Assembly: GCF_006345805.1 (NCBI RefSeq)
Contig: NC_043021.1
Coordinates: 7,192,001 to 7,256,000 of the forward strand
Length of the DNA stretch: 64,000 nucleotides
Direction of reading: 5' to 3'
DNA from: Octopus sinensis
Taxonomy: Eukaryota
The position numbers were made by a program, and so were the translations under genes. Under the pieces are notes generated by a model. It saw nothing but the letters and a program-made list of their open reading frames with translations, did no database searches and was not told the DNA's origin. Each line of letters begins with the position of its first letter. Positions within the stretch are counted from its first letter, which is position 1. This document shows positions 40,001 to 49,875 of the stretch, in pieces.

Positions 40001-40379
40001 CTTTTGCCAAACCGCTGAGTTATAGATACAATTTGAATAAATAAGTATTACATTTGACAAAATAATCTGAATTAAACTGTTAATAAAAGTAAATATAACT
40101 CTTGTGAGCTATGTTGAATGCTCTTTGTTTTCTTTTCTTTTTTTCTGTTTGTGCAACTAATATATAATTTGATTAAACTATTTCTCTTTCTCTCTTCCAT
40201 CCTCTGCAGGTCACGACTGTTCGATCCGACTGTGGAATTTAGATAGTAAAACTTGTGTGCAGGAGATCACGTCTCATCGTAAGAAGTTTGACGAGTCGAT
40301 ACATGATGTAGCCTTTCACCCCTCTAAACCTTACATTGCTAGTGCCGGCGCAGATGCTGTTGCCAAGGTGTTTGTATGA
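6314..40379 (+). CDS. STRN3: Striatin-family gene (striatin-3/Cka-like, PP2A B''' STRIPAK scaffold), 5'-partial; join(6314-6421,17041-17388,26786-26943,29257-29315,29504-29620,31452-31621,32364-32531,34673-34813,35016-35123,36582-36668,40210-40379)
   Basis: Exons assembled by hand with AG/GT boundaries and matching phases (1,1,1,0,2,2,1,1,1,1,1 into each exon). The joined frame is open, 1634 nt. It reads ...[12 protein letters not shown]..., [50 protein letters not shown] and [23 protein letters not shown]...[22 protein letters not shown], all recognisable striatin motifs. Invertebrates usually have one striatin, so the STRN3 label reflects the closest resemblance (e.g. DLSPT..W.VDQ). Confidence 0.97.
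6745..7206. repeat. Long fold-back palindrome (arms 6745-6942 and 6982-7206, 39-nt loop) flanked by (AT)n; probable Penelope-like/retrozyme relic
   Basis: Arms are reverse complements with 2 substitutions plus a 27-nt duplication in the right arm; each arm carries a hammerhead motif. Confidence 0.9.
7040..7079 (+). ncRNA. Minimal type-I hammerhead ribozyme motif, U3-A8 core variant (identical copy on - strand at 6872-6911)
   Basis: AAGAAAT-TTGAAAA-GC(TGAAC)GC-GAAA-C(CG)G-TC-ATTTCTT: 7-bp stem I, 2-bp stem II, palindromic ACCGGT stem III, GUC cleavage triplet. Confidence 0.7.
7281..7325 (+). ncRNA. Hammerhead-like motif with intact CUGAUGA/GAAA/GUC core and degenerate stems
   Basis: GGTAT-CTGATGA-GCTG(TTAC)TGGT-GAAA-CT(CTGA)AG-TC-ACACT; stem I 4 of 5 pairs; stem II mostly G-U pairs. 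Confidence 0.45.
9339..9669 (+). mobile_element. tRNA-head SINE nested in an older opposite-strand SINE; 13-bp TSD
   Basis: A-box TGGCCCAGTGG and degenerate B-box; ACAGGCTTCTTTC duplicated at 9326-9338 and 9670-9682. Confidence 0.85.
10812..11105 (+). mobile_element. SINE family A (GGCTGTGTGGTAAG head, TTGGGCAAGT core), decayed copy
   Basis: Similar to 45182-45560; further decayed copies at 1-100, 18060-18540, 18712-18860, 27065-27210, 31700-31960 and 38070-38430. Confidence 0.75.
11274..11467. repeat. Perfect 94-bp inverted repeat with 6-nt loop, within an (AT)n-flanked repeat module (about 11210-11470)
   Basis: Arms 11274-11367 and 11374-11467 are exact reverse complements; a single-arm copy of the same element lies at about 27870-28040. 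Confidence 0.92.
12274..12413. repeat. Inverted repeat, 53-bp arms (51/53 identical), 34-nt loop, microsatellite flanked
   Basis: Arms 12274-12326 and 12361-12413. Confidence 0.88.
16170..16553 (-). mobile_element. 5'-truncated RTE-clade (BovB-like) LINE 3' end with 8-bp TSD
   Basis: Minus-strand translation [16 protein letters not shown]...[27 protein letters not shown]; (TAGA)n-like tail; CATCAGGC at 16162-16169 and 16554-16561. Confidence 0.88.
17041..17388 (+). CDS. STRN3: Striatin exon, Ser-rich linker ([11 protein letters not shown]...[11 protein letters not shown]), 348 nt, phase 1-1
   Basis: Pyrimidine tract ...tttctcctgtgtacatag|GT acceptor and AATG|gtatgc donor; open frame (ORF 17031-17453); ends resemble the striatin RP.R..L..M..NL and LPEH motifs. 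Confidence 0.85.
17630..17908 (+). mobile_element. Short copy of an RTE LINE 3' UTR ending CCAACCCATGCTAGCATGGA..ACGGACGTTAAA(TGA)n; other copies at 19450-19782, 15790-15910, 34045-34210, 35790-35875 and 36320-36400
   Basis: Matches the 3' end of the RTE relic at 63040-63300. Confidence 0.8.
23135..23520 (+). repeat. Eroded minisatellite, ~50-60-bp unit (TCACTGAACTRTGACCTTCAAGGATTTTAGTC...)
   Basis: About 6-7 degenerate repeats of GAACT.TGACCTT.AAG.ATTTTAGTC. Confidence 0.6.
24634..24720. repeat. Long pure (AT)n microsatellite
   Basis: About 87 nt of uninterrupted AT. Confidence 0.95.
24719..25012 (-). mobile_element. tRNA-head SINE, young copy, between (AT)n and (CA)n
   Basis: Reverse complement is near-identical to 45842-46143. 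Confidence 0.85.
25920..26313. repeat. (ATT/ATC)n array containing a duplicated ~55-bp unique island
   Basis: TTTTTATTCTTCCCTCAATTTTGTTTCCATTTCTTGCCGAGTGTTTC at about 25947 and 26093. Confidence 0.85.
26786..26943 (+). CDS. STRN3: Striatin exon ([17 protein letters not shown]...[21 protein letters not shown]), 158 nt
   Basis: tttgacag|GT acceptor and GAT|gtgagt donor; conserved [16 protein letters not shown] motif. Confidence 0.95.
27262..27475 (+). mobile_element. SINE family B (GAGCTGGCAGAA head; GCCTTTCATCCTT.CGGGGT.GATAAA..AAGTACC core, recalled as Nin/Deu-like), young copy
   Basis: Near-identical to 37858-38070, 38470-38688, 29894-30118 and 51803-52028; older copies at 7840-8150, 13720-14070, 26320-26480, 31160-31360 and 36005-36200, and on the - strand at 1640-1790, 19860-20010 and 51440-51590. 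Confidence 0.8.
27870..28040 (+). repeat. Single-arm copy of the 11.2-kb palindromic module, (AT)n flanked
   Basis: Near-identical to 11210-11367 and continues ...CGGTTATCTGGCTAT. Confidence 0.9.
28394..29220 (+). mobile_element. Tandem cluster of four SINE family B copies separated by (ATT)n tails
   Basis: The core CTTTCATCCTTT...GATAAA..AAG.A recurs at about 28480, 28715, 28925 and 29105. Confidence 0.75.
29257..29315 (+). CDS. STRN3: Striatin exon ([20 protein letters not shown]), 59 nt
   Basis: atctag|ATA acceptor and CGAAG|gtaaga donor; RKTWN.KYTLRS motif. Confidence 0.95.
29504..29620 (+). CDS. STRN3: Striatin WD40 exon ([38 protein letters not shown]), 117 nt
   Basis: ttttccag|C acceptor and AA|gtaagt donor; WD repeat. 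Confidence 0.97.
29894..30290. mobile_element. Tail-to-tail inverted pair of family B SINEs (+ 29894-30118, - 30121-30290)
   Basis: The second copy is the reverse complement of the first over about 165 nt. Confidence 0.8.
30365..30760 (-). mobile_element. SINE family A, opposite strand
   Basis: Reverse complement of the family A head and tail (CAGTCATTTGACTGCAGCCATGCTGGAGCACC ... TTCTTACCACACAGCC). Confidence 0.8.
31452..31621 (+). CDS. STRN3: Striatin WD40 exon ([24 protein letters not shown]...IDPYDSF), 170 nt
   Basis: tcaacag|G acceptor and TTTG|gtaagc donor. Confidence 0.97.
32364..32531 (+). CDS. STRN3: Striatin WD40 exon ([19 protein letters not shown]...[13 protein letters not shown]...VFKVDT), 168 nt
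   Basis: ttctctag|AT acceptor and ACCG|gtaagt donor. Confidence 0.97.
32982..33027 (-). ncRNA. Near-intact type-I hammerhead relic (single G12A core lesion)
   Basis: Minus strand: TTCCCA-CTGATGA-GGTC(CAATA)GACC-AAAA-TCA(TG)TGA-TA-TGGAAA; all three stems pair; G12 to A at a CpG. Confidence 0.6.
34673..34813 (+). CDS. STRN3: Striatin WD40 exon ([22 protein letters not shown]...LKLDTKQNS), 141 nt
   Basis: tatttcag|AT acceptor and TCAG|gttggt donor; G.PTSVD...DP..MV.S motif. Confidence 0.94.
35016..35123 (+). CDS. STRN3: Striatin WD40 exon ([36 protein letters not shown]), 108 nt
   Basis: gttccag|AT acceptor and ACAG|gtaaga donor. Confidence 0.97.
36582..36668 (+). CDS. STRN3: Striatin WD40 exon ([29 protein letters not shown]), 87 nt
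   Basis: gttttag|GA acceptor and GGGA|gtaagt donor. Confidence 0.97.
39602..39965 (-). mobile_element. CR1-clade LINE 3' fragment inserted in a family A SINE fragment in the last striatin intron
   Basis: Minus-strand translation ...[40 protein letters not shown]; (TAAC)n tail; TTTAGT on both sides; GC/CpG rich. Confidence 0.72.
40210..40379 (+). CDS. STRN3: Striatin last coding exon ([56 protein letters not shown])
   Basis: ctctgcag|GT acceptor; in-frame TGA at 40377-40379; canonical striatin C-terminus. Confidence 0.98.
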
Positions 40380-40865
40380 GATGTGGTGTAGGGGGAGGGA
40401 CGAATGGACGGTGTGGTTGGTGGCAAGGGGTGCGGGTAGGTGGTGGGGTGGGGTGGGTGCGGGCACGGGGAGTTCGCTTTCATTCTTCTTCTCCTCCTTC
40501 TTCTTCTCTTTCTTCTTCTTCTTCTTCTTCTTCTTCTTCCAGCATCTTCATCTTCCTCTTCATCATCTCGCACGTGGGATATTCCATTTGCAGCGGGGGT
40601 GGGGCAGTGTTCTCGGTGTTGACAGAGGGAATGGAGGAGCTCTGGAGTTGGGGGGGGAGGGGGTGTCTATTGCATTACAGAGTGTGGTGGGAATGCTGAC
40701 GGAGGGAGAGTGGTGGTCGTAATGTTAGTGGTGGTGATGATGATGATGAAGATAATAATAGCATTGGTGTTGATAATGGTATGGTGCTCTGCCACCAATT
40801 AATCTCTCTCTCTTTGTCTCTCTTTAAACTTTCTCTTTCTCCTTTCACACACATACACCAACATG

Positions 40866-40896
<31 letters not shown>

Positions 40897-41754
40897 GCGC
40901 ACACACACACCTTTTACTTTTTCATTTTCTCTTTTCTTCGTCTTTTTTTCACAAACTTTCTTTTTCTCTCTCTCTCTGTCTCTCTCTCCCCTAATTAGAA
41001 CTGACTTCCCCACCACCTCCCTCTTTCTCTCACACCCTAACAAACTATTCACCCAGGGTGCAGAGAAAACTTAAACAATAACAACAAAACTGAAAAATAA
41101 CAAAAACAAAAAAAACCCCTACAAAAAAAAAAGTAAAAAAAGAACCAAACCAATAATCACCGTCTACCCCCTGCTGCGGCCCCCTTAAACTCCCCCCTCT
41201 CTGACTGTAAACATTACATCTATGCACTCTGTACTACAGTGGCTCTTTGCCACCCAATCTTTGTCTTGTCTTAACCTATATTATAATGATAATAATAATA
41301 ATAATGATAATGATGATAATGATGATGATGGTGGTGATGATGATGATTAAATAAATATGGCCATATTGTGTTTTAAGAGGACACTACAGCAACTCCAGGA
41401 TTTCTTCTTTTACTCTCTTTCTTCTCTCTCTCTCTGTATGTATATATGTGTATATATATATATATTATATATATATATATATATATACAGATGCATACAC
41501 ATGCACTCCCTGTCTGTCTCATTGCTGCTGCTACATCTCCCTCCTGTCATGAGCACCTACCCCCCCCCCCCAACACTGTGTATTTGGTGGGGGGCATGGG
41601 TGGACAAGGGATCAATTAAACCCTGCATTTCCTCCCTTTTTTTGCTCTTTTCCTCCCCCTTTTATTCACTCTCTTTTGTTTTTTACATATACGTGTATGT
41701 ATTTATGAACGAATATATGCGTTTTTATGTCTATCTGATCGCATACTTGCATAT

Positions 41755-41765
41755 GTGTGCGCGTA

Positions 41766-41810
<45 letters not shown>

Positions 41811-41825
41811 ATACATATATATATA

Positions 41826-41866
<41 letters not shown>

Positions 41867-41920
41867 ACATACATATATATATATATATAATATATATATA
41901 TATACATATATGTATATATA
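41755..41920. repeat. (AT)n/(ACAT)n compound microsatellite in the putative 3' UTR
   Basis: Direct reading; source of several spurious Y/I ORFs. Confidence 0.95.
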
Positions 41921-43233
41921 TATGTATGTGAGTGTATATGTGGTGTGTATGTATGTACATGTATTATATGTAAATATATATGTATAAATAGATGTGTGTC
42001 TCTGTGTTCATGTAGAAGTACATGTGTGTATATGCAAGTATGCATATGTATGCATGTTTGTGCGGGTAGATGTATAAGTGTGTGTGTTTGTGTACAGGTA
42101 TGTATATAAATGCATGCGTGTGCGTGCGTGTGTTTTATATATATATATATAATGTCTGTCTCTGTATATATGTATATATAATCTTTGTTTTTATCTTTAA
42201 AGATATGTTCTCTCTATGTATATCATACACTTTCTCGTTATCTACCATTCCCCCTCTCGCCTAGCTCTTTCTCCCTTTATACCAGTAATTGTTGATGTCA
42301 CCTCTATGGATCTGCCTATTTTGCATTCTCTCTGTGTAGCAGAAAATCCTTTCTTTCTCTCTCTTTCTCTCTATCTCTCTTTGCCTACTTGTCTCTCTCT
42401 TTGCTCTCTCCAGCCTTTCTCCAGAAGTGTTATCACAATGCATTAAAATATTTTGTACAACTACACGAACAACAACAACAACAACAGAAGTCAGAAGAGA
42501 CTTTTTTTTTTTTTTAAACCAAATTTACAAGAAATATATAAATAAAGGACAGCAAGAGAAAAATATACAAAACAATAAAACAATAACAGCAACTTTAAAT
42601 TTGGATCAAAAGAAGGAAGCGGGGTTGGGGGGGAGCACCCCCTCAGACAAACAAATTGAGGATTAATGAATGAAATTGGTATTTATAATAATAATAATAA
42701 TAATAATAATCTTCCCCCTTCACTTTTTCCTTCCTCTTCCTCCTATAAACTAACTCCATCTCTTCTGTCACACCCACATAATCCCCCCCCCTGCCCAAGC
42801 CCTTACTCTTTCTCCTCCCTCCCTCCCTCCTCTTTGACAAGAACCAATGAAGGCAAGAACAACAACAACAACAATGATGATGATGATGACAATGGTAATA
42901 CTACTACTACTACTAATGATGATGATGATGATGATGATTAATTAATAAAATACATGCCCCTGCCCTTCTAAAATAGATGGGTGTGTGTGGAGATAGATAT
43001 ATTGACTAACTGAAGGATAATAGTGCCCGAAATGTTGAAGTAGGGGACATGAACTGGAAGAAAACTTTGGAAGAAGGTTCTGAAAATTTTCTGGAAATAG
43101 CTTGAAGACTCTGGAAAAACTCTGGAAATAACTAGAAGAGTCTGGAAAAACTCTGGTAAACACTGGTAATGGTAAATGTTTTTCACAAGTGTAAATTTTA
43201 AGCGAAACCTCTTCCTGTACCACCTTCCTCGGA

Positions 43234-43266
<33 letters not shown>

Positions 43267-43769
43267 TCACAAGGACAAGAACAAGAAAAAAATATCAAAA
43301 ATACTTTTAAGTTGGAAAATAAAACTAATAAAAGCAAAGGACTAAAGAATTGTCATCTGGATTTTAATTAAAATTGGTAGCAAGACCGTTAGAAGGTTTT
43401 TTTTTAACACTGTGAGGATTCATGTTGATGATGGTGATGTCTTTTATTTTGGGGTTGCAAGTTCTTCCTTAACATTATCTCAACCTGTTTTTTGTTTTTA
43501 AATGGAGAAATACTTTAAAAGAAATTTTTTTTTTCTTCATGGGTCACAGGAAGAAGATTATTGTCCATCAGTTTTTGTTTTTTTTTCTTTTTGTTCTTAT
43601 TCTTGCCTGATCTTCTGGAACAATGAATGAGAATGTTTTTTTTTTTTAAAATCCTACAATTTGGAGATTAATTTATCCATGAGTGAGAGACCTGGTATGA
43701 ATACTTACATGCTTGCCTTGAATATAAACTTCACTAAAAAGGCACCCTAGAACAAGATATTGGTTTTAA

Positions 43770-43983
43770 CCCTTTAGTATTTTAACATATCCTGCCCTAA
43801 TATTCCCCTGTTTTATGTCCAAACCAGCCAGATCCAGCTTCTCACACATATCCTACAATGTCATTCTAAAAATGTACAACCATTTCATTGCAATCTTGAA
43901 GCTAGGAGATAATTCAGAATCAATTCAAAACCATGTGAATAAATAGGCATTGCACTTGACAGGTTAATCTGATTGTTAAAGGG
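43770..43983. mobile_element. piggyBac-type MITE
   Basis: TTAA|CCCTTTA ... TAAAGGG|TTAA termini; related fragment at about 45075-45180. Confidence 0.7.
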
Positions 43984-45181
43984 TTAAGCTAAGCAACAAA
44001 TTTACATCTAAGATCCAAGATGGTCAACAAAGTAATCATAGGGACTCACAGATTGTTTTACATCAGCTTTCAGATGTTGTACACTTTTGGATATGTTGCC
44101 TTATGCATAATGCATTGTTCAAGTAATTGTCTATGTAAAAGCATTGTGTCAAAGCCAGATTATGTTGTGTTTATTTGACCACCTAATATATACTGAGACC
44201 ATGTGATTTAATCATTTCCTTATCAACCTTCCTCAGGTGCCCCCCCGCCCTTCCCCGGTTCAACACTATAATACCTGCTTCTTTTAAAGCATCCATCTTT
44301 AAACCAAAACCCCTCTGTCAATTTTAGATTAGAAACTTTTTGTTGCATTACAAAGACCAATTTTAATAACGACAAAGTGAACTTTTTTTTTTTTTTTGAA
44401 AATCAAATCCTCTGAATGATTTATTTTTCAACGTGAATTGTAGCACAGAAGTATGTTTATGTATTTTTGCATGATTCCTGATGTGAAATCATGTTTTGAA
44501 ACATTGTTAATTTGGGGATAGTCTTTTTTTTCTTTTTTTTTCTCCTTCTCTCATTCTCTCTTTGTCATGTCATGTTGTGTAGTGTGGTGGAGGACAACTA
44601 AAGGCAGAAGGAAAAAAAATGGACATAGATACAGTAGAATATATAAACCCACATACATAGACACACATACTTACGATGGAATGAGAAGGAAATAGGTAAA
44701 TAAACGAATTAAAAAACAACTGAACAAAACATGGGTACAGTATAGTAAGCAAACCTATATACATGCACCCAAAACACACTTCCACACACACACACACGAT
44801 ACAGATGCAAACACATCTGCGGATAACAATGCATATGACAGAAAGACAGAATGGATTAAACAGAACAGGAAGAAACACGTGGGATGGAGAGTTGCTGAAG
44901 AGTCACAGGGTGTGTGACAAAAGATTTCAGACAAAGGACACTAAAATAAGAAGAATAACAAGGCAGAAGTGATGAACGAATGTATAGTGCATATGGTTAA
45001 TTGGAGTGGGGGGGATGACCATCCTCAAATATGACAAAGGTAGTTTGTTTCATAAGCACCATGATTGAAGAAAAGGTTAACCTGTTATCATATCCGATCA
45101 AAATCTTCTGCCTATTTTACATTCTAGCCATCCAGATCTGACCTCTCACACCAACCCTACAATGTCATTATAAATATAAAC

Positions 45182-45347
45182 AGGCGCAGGAGTGGCTGTG
45201 TGGTAAGTAGCTTGCTAACCAATCACATGGTTCCGGGTTCAGTTCCACTGCGTGGCATCTTGGGCAAGTGTCTTCTACTATAGCCTCGGGCCGACCAAAG
45301 CCTTGTGAGTGGATTTGGTAGACGGAAACTGAAAGAAGCCCGTCGTA

Positions 45348-45378
<31 letters not shown>

Positions 45379-45560
45379 GCATGTGTGTGTCTGTGTTTAT
45401 CCCCTAGTATTGCTTGACAACCAACGCTGGTGTGTTTATGTCCCCGTCACTTAGCGGTTCGGCAAAAGAGACCGAAAGAATAAGTCCCAGGGTTGAGTTG
45501 CTCAATTAAAGGCGGTGCTCTAGCATGGCCGCAGTCAAATGACTGAAACAAGTAAAAGAG
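45182..45560 (+). mobile_element. SINE family A, full-length copy
   Basis: Near-identical to 47727-48125 and 55960-56360; internal (TA/TG)n; tail ...GAAACAAGTAAAAGAG. Confidence 0.85.
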
Positions 45561-45809
45561 TAATCTCAACAAGATCTCAAAGGTACAAGATAATGTATGA
45601 TTAATCTTAAACAACATGAATTAATAAATATTACATTTGATAGAGTGATGTAAATGCTTAAAGGGTTTTAGGCTCTGCCAGGAGCATGGCTCTGGTTGTG
45701 TATTGTGTCACAAAACTCTCTCTCACGAGCACACACACACACACAAACTCTTATATTTTCCTGTTGCGACTGTTATATCAAATATAATGCTGTTGTTTGC
45801 TAGGATGTG

Positions 45810-45841
<32 letters not shown>

Positions 45842-46143
45842 GGAGGCGCAATGGCCCAGTGGTTAGGGCAGCGGACTCGCGTTCATGAGGATCGCGGTTT
45901 CGATTCCCAGACCGGGCGTTGTGAGTGTTTATTGAGCAAAAACACCTGAAGCTCCAAGAGGCTCCGGCAAGGGATGGTGGCGATCCCTGCTGTACTCTTT
46001 CGCCGCAACTTTCTCTCCTTCTTCTCTTGGCCTGCTCGCTTAGCCAGCGGGGTGGCGTCATTTGAAGGCTAAAACAATGCGAAGCGCATTGTGACCAGCG
46101 ATGTGTAACAACATCTGATAGCCTGGTCGGTCACGTGATCACA
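45842..46143 (+). mobile_element. tRNA-head SINE (GGAGGCGCAATGGCCCAGTGG...), young copy inserted in (AT)n
   Basis: A-box TGGCCCAGTGG and B-box GGTTTCGATTCC; same family as 9339 and 24719. Confidence 0.85.
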
Positions 46144-46177
46144 TGATATATATATACATATATATATATATATACAC

Positions 46178-47390
46178 ACAGAGAATGGGAGTTTTTGAAA
46201 AATTCACAAAATCATTAATTTTAGCTGCAAACAAATTGACATCGATGTGTTCATATTGAACAAAATCAAGTGTGGGAAGCAACATCCATCATGTGGTGTC
46301 CGTTTTCATTGATGCATTTCTGAAGGCGTTCTTAGAAGTTGGTCTCCACTGTCTCCAGCATTGCTCTGTCGATTTGGACGACTTCCACGCGAATAGCTTC
46401 CTTCAAATTGTTCAGTGTACGGGGCTTATGCGCGTACACACGTACCTTTAGGTTTCCCCGCAAATAATCATACATGGGCAAATCAGAGGACCGAGGGGGG
46501 CTAAGGAATGTCAGCAAACCTGGAAATGAGGCGGTCACCGAAGAGAAGGCGAAGAACGTCCATTGATGCTCTGGCTTTGTGGGCCGTCACTCCATCCTGT
46601 TGAAACCATACACGTCAGATAGGCACACATTTTCGTTGTAATTCAGGCACAAAGTTCTTTACGTCGATGTAACGTTCGGAGTTCACAGCAACAACATTTT
46701 CGTTATTGTCTTCAAAAAAGTAAAAACCAATGGCAGCAGACCGTCACTGTTGGGCTGTGCAGATCTTTCGGGTTTTCATGAACCCACTAACGACAGTTCT
46801 ATTGATTCACTATGCCACTGAGATGAAAATGAGCTTCATCACTCATTAACAAAATGGGGTGGTCATTTGCCTCATAATTGCTTTCATCTGACATATGCAA
46901 AGTTAAATGACCAATTTTTACGGGTGGAAATACAGGTCTTCATGCAAATACGCCTTACCGATGTCAAATTCAGTGGAATGCCCTTGAACAGAGCGATTCA
47001 GACTCCGTATCAAAGCTTGTCTGATGCGTTCCATATTTTCCAGGACCCGTACCATTCGTGGCGCACTCCCACCAGTATCCTATTCCTTAGTGTATCTTGT
47101 GTACGAAGTGCATTCCCCCAACATAAGATCGTATTACGGGTGGGAACAGCCTGATTTCGGTGAATGTTGAAGTGGAACCGAAACCCACTGATCTGCTGTG
47201 AAAGACTCGTTATATTTCACGTAACTTACGTAGACAAACATGCGATGCTATGCCGTCCACATTGCCGTGGCTTCACCTGAAAAGACAAAAAGAAATGCTA
47301 AAACACCACAGACCGAATGGTACCTGTGGTACATATGTTCCCCCCACCCTGGGGCTGAGTAATAGCCATTTCAAAAACGTCAATTTTGTA
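46178..47390 (-). mobile_element. Decayed Tc1/mariner transposon, DD41D (rosa/Visitor-type) transposase pseudogene
   Basis: Minus-strand pieces SDEAHFHLSGIVNQ.NCR*W.HENP, RVWFQQDGVTAH...FGDRLISRF, PPRSSDLPMYDYL.GNLK.RVYAHKPRTL; 41 residues between the 2nd and 3rd D after one frameshift correction; stops and frameshifts present; TIRs only weakly visible (GTTTTTGAAA). Confidence 0.85.
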
Positions 47391-47726
47391 GTTCAAAAAT
47401 TGCGATTTATGACAAAATGTCCTTTAGAATTAGCCAGAGCAAATGATGACAACCTTTAACTACTAAATATCGTTAAAAACACTTCTGCAAATGCAATGTA
47501 CATAAGCAATTCACTTTAAATACAACTAACAACCGAAAGTGAAACAGTTTTTGGCAGACCCCCAAATGGGCTCATGGCACGCAATGGGTTAATATAATTT
47601 AAGCTTAATCTCCCCCTCCTTAAATGCTCATGACACTAACGGAAATATGGATTATTTTGTGCTCAAAGCAGGTCATAAGTGATCCAAGAGTACAAGTCAT
47701 TGACAAAAATGAATTATGATACAATA

Positions 47727-48125
47727 GGCGCAGGAGTGGCTGTGTGGTAAGTAGCTTGCTTGCTTACCGACCACATAGTTCTGGGTTCAGTCCTACTGCG
47801 TGGCACCTTGGGCAAGTGTCTTCTACTATAGCCTTGGGCTGACCGAAGCCTAGTGAGTGGATTTGGTAGACGGAAACTGAAAGAAGACTGTCGTATATAT
47901 GTATATATATATACATACATATGTTTGTGTGTCTGTGCTTGTCCCTCCGACATCGCTTGACAACCGATGCTGGTGGGTTTACGTCCCCGTAACTTAGTGG
48001 TTCGGCAAAAAGAGACTGATAGAATAAGTACTAGGCTTACAAAGAATAAGTCCTGGGGGTCGATTTGCTTGACTAAAGGCAGTGCTCCAGCATGGCGGCA
48101 GTCAAATTACTGAAACAAGTAAAAG
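47727..48125 (+). mobile_element. SINE family A, full-length copy
   Basis: Colinear with 45182-45560. Confidence 0.85.
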
Positions 48126-49306
48126 AACAAAAAAAAAAAGAATACCCTGTATGAAAAATTGAACGATTTTGAAACAACTAGTATCGTAAGCTGGCTTTTC
48201 TGTACTTATACACTAAAATGAGAGCAATAGACAAACACAAAAGATAATCTTGCTAACAACAATTTAGCTCTGATAATAGGATGTGTTTTATTTCCGCTCT
48301 CTAGAGCTGAACTATGGAGAAGACGTAAAAGAGAGTGAAAGCAGTTGCTTGAACCAGATATTTTGCAGCGTGTTACATCTTATATGTGATCCTTCCTCAT
48401 AAGGAAGGAACAAACTGCCGGCATCAGTTGTTAGTTGTTGGAGCACTGCATCCTTCAAAACTTCCATGCTTTCTGAGATTCGCCAACCCTACACCTGATT
48501 TTCTCCCCTCCATACACACACAAGCATGTATCTGACTCATACATTGTTCGCTTTCCAGACATTTGTACATTACTGCATATACTTTATACGCGCTTTCTGA
48601 CAAGTTGTGGTGCACCTGAGCACTGTATACAGTGATTTCATTATTATAAATGTGATCTGCAGGAGGATTTCCATCCACAGAGGATGTCTAGGAAGTAACG
48701 ATGGGAGAACTGAATTGCTAGTTAGCCAAAGTTCAAAACTCTTGTCACAACATAAAATATTAAGATATTGAATTAACTTATTGACTACATGGTTATGAGT
48801 TCAAATTTACAGATATAGTTTTACGATCTATTAACAAGGTATATAAATACAGCTTCTTCGTCATGATGGCCGTATGACCTATTAAAAATGTGTGTGCGTG
48901 TGTTACATAATGTAGATATGCATGTATAAATAATGTATATATGTTTACTGGTATAATGCGTGTGTGCGTCTATTTTCTAGTTTCTCTCCCTGTTTATTTC
49001 TGTGTTCCTTTCTGTCGAAGAGTGTAGGCTCGAAACTTAAAAGACTTTCTCACTTCCCGAGCGTTAAACTATTACATTTGTTTGTTTACACACCCGTCTT
49101 CGTCTTTTTTTTTTTTTTTTTGAAAGTCTCACTATATATATATATATATATATATTAAACCGGGAGGGATAACATCAATGGTGTGGAGAGGGAGACTGGT
49201 ATGCTGGTCTTCCATAGAACAACCTTCCCGGACATGTGCCTTGGAAGGGAACTTTCTTGGTGCAATCCCATGGTCATTCACGACCGAAAGGGGGTCTCTG
49301 TACCCC

Positions 49307-49349
<43 letters not shown>

Positions 49350-49875
49350 GCGTGTGAGTTTACCTGTGAGGTACTTGGAATTCCTGCACCAGTGGACTTT
49401 CAATTTTACCAAGTTTGAGTCGAAGCGCGTAGGCAGATAACAGTTCCATGTTGAATACTGCTTTCAGCCCAATCATAGCCTGCACTACTGTGTGTGCAAG
49501 AATTTAGAACTTAAAGGATGTTGCAAATACTAAAATAACATTTTCCAGCATGCTACATATTGACAGAAGTATATAATTGTGTAAGTGTTTTAAGAACACG
49601 AAAAATAATAAACATGCATAATTTCTTAATCTTATAAATTTTATAGAATTATCTCCCTTATGTTCTAAGTCATCGATGAGAGAGAAAAATTTATTCCCAA
49701 TAATTATTGTAAATTTTATGCTAAAGTTATAATGATTTAATTTTTATATTTGAAATCAACTTTTTTATTGCGATAGTATTTTTCAGGGGAGATAACTATT
49801 ACGCGTTCTATTGACAAATCCTGTAAGATTACTATATAGAAGTTGAATAGATTATATTTTTGCATTTATAATAGA

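Larger units (their letters stand above)
40380..44500 (+). other. Putative long 3' UTR of striatin (3' end undetermined)
   Basis: Follows the stop codon; simple-repeat rich; AATAAA at 42541, 42944, 43318 and 43327; the real cleavage site cannot be chosen from sequence. Confidence 0.35.

Noticed and set aside
40377-40391. Stop-codon readthrough of striatin
   Set aside because: Context TGA-G is not a leaky motif, and an in-frame TAG follows three codons later
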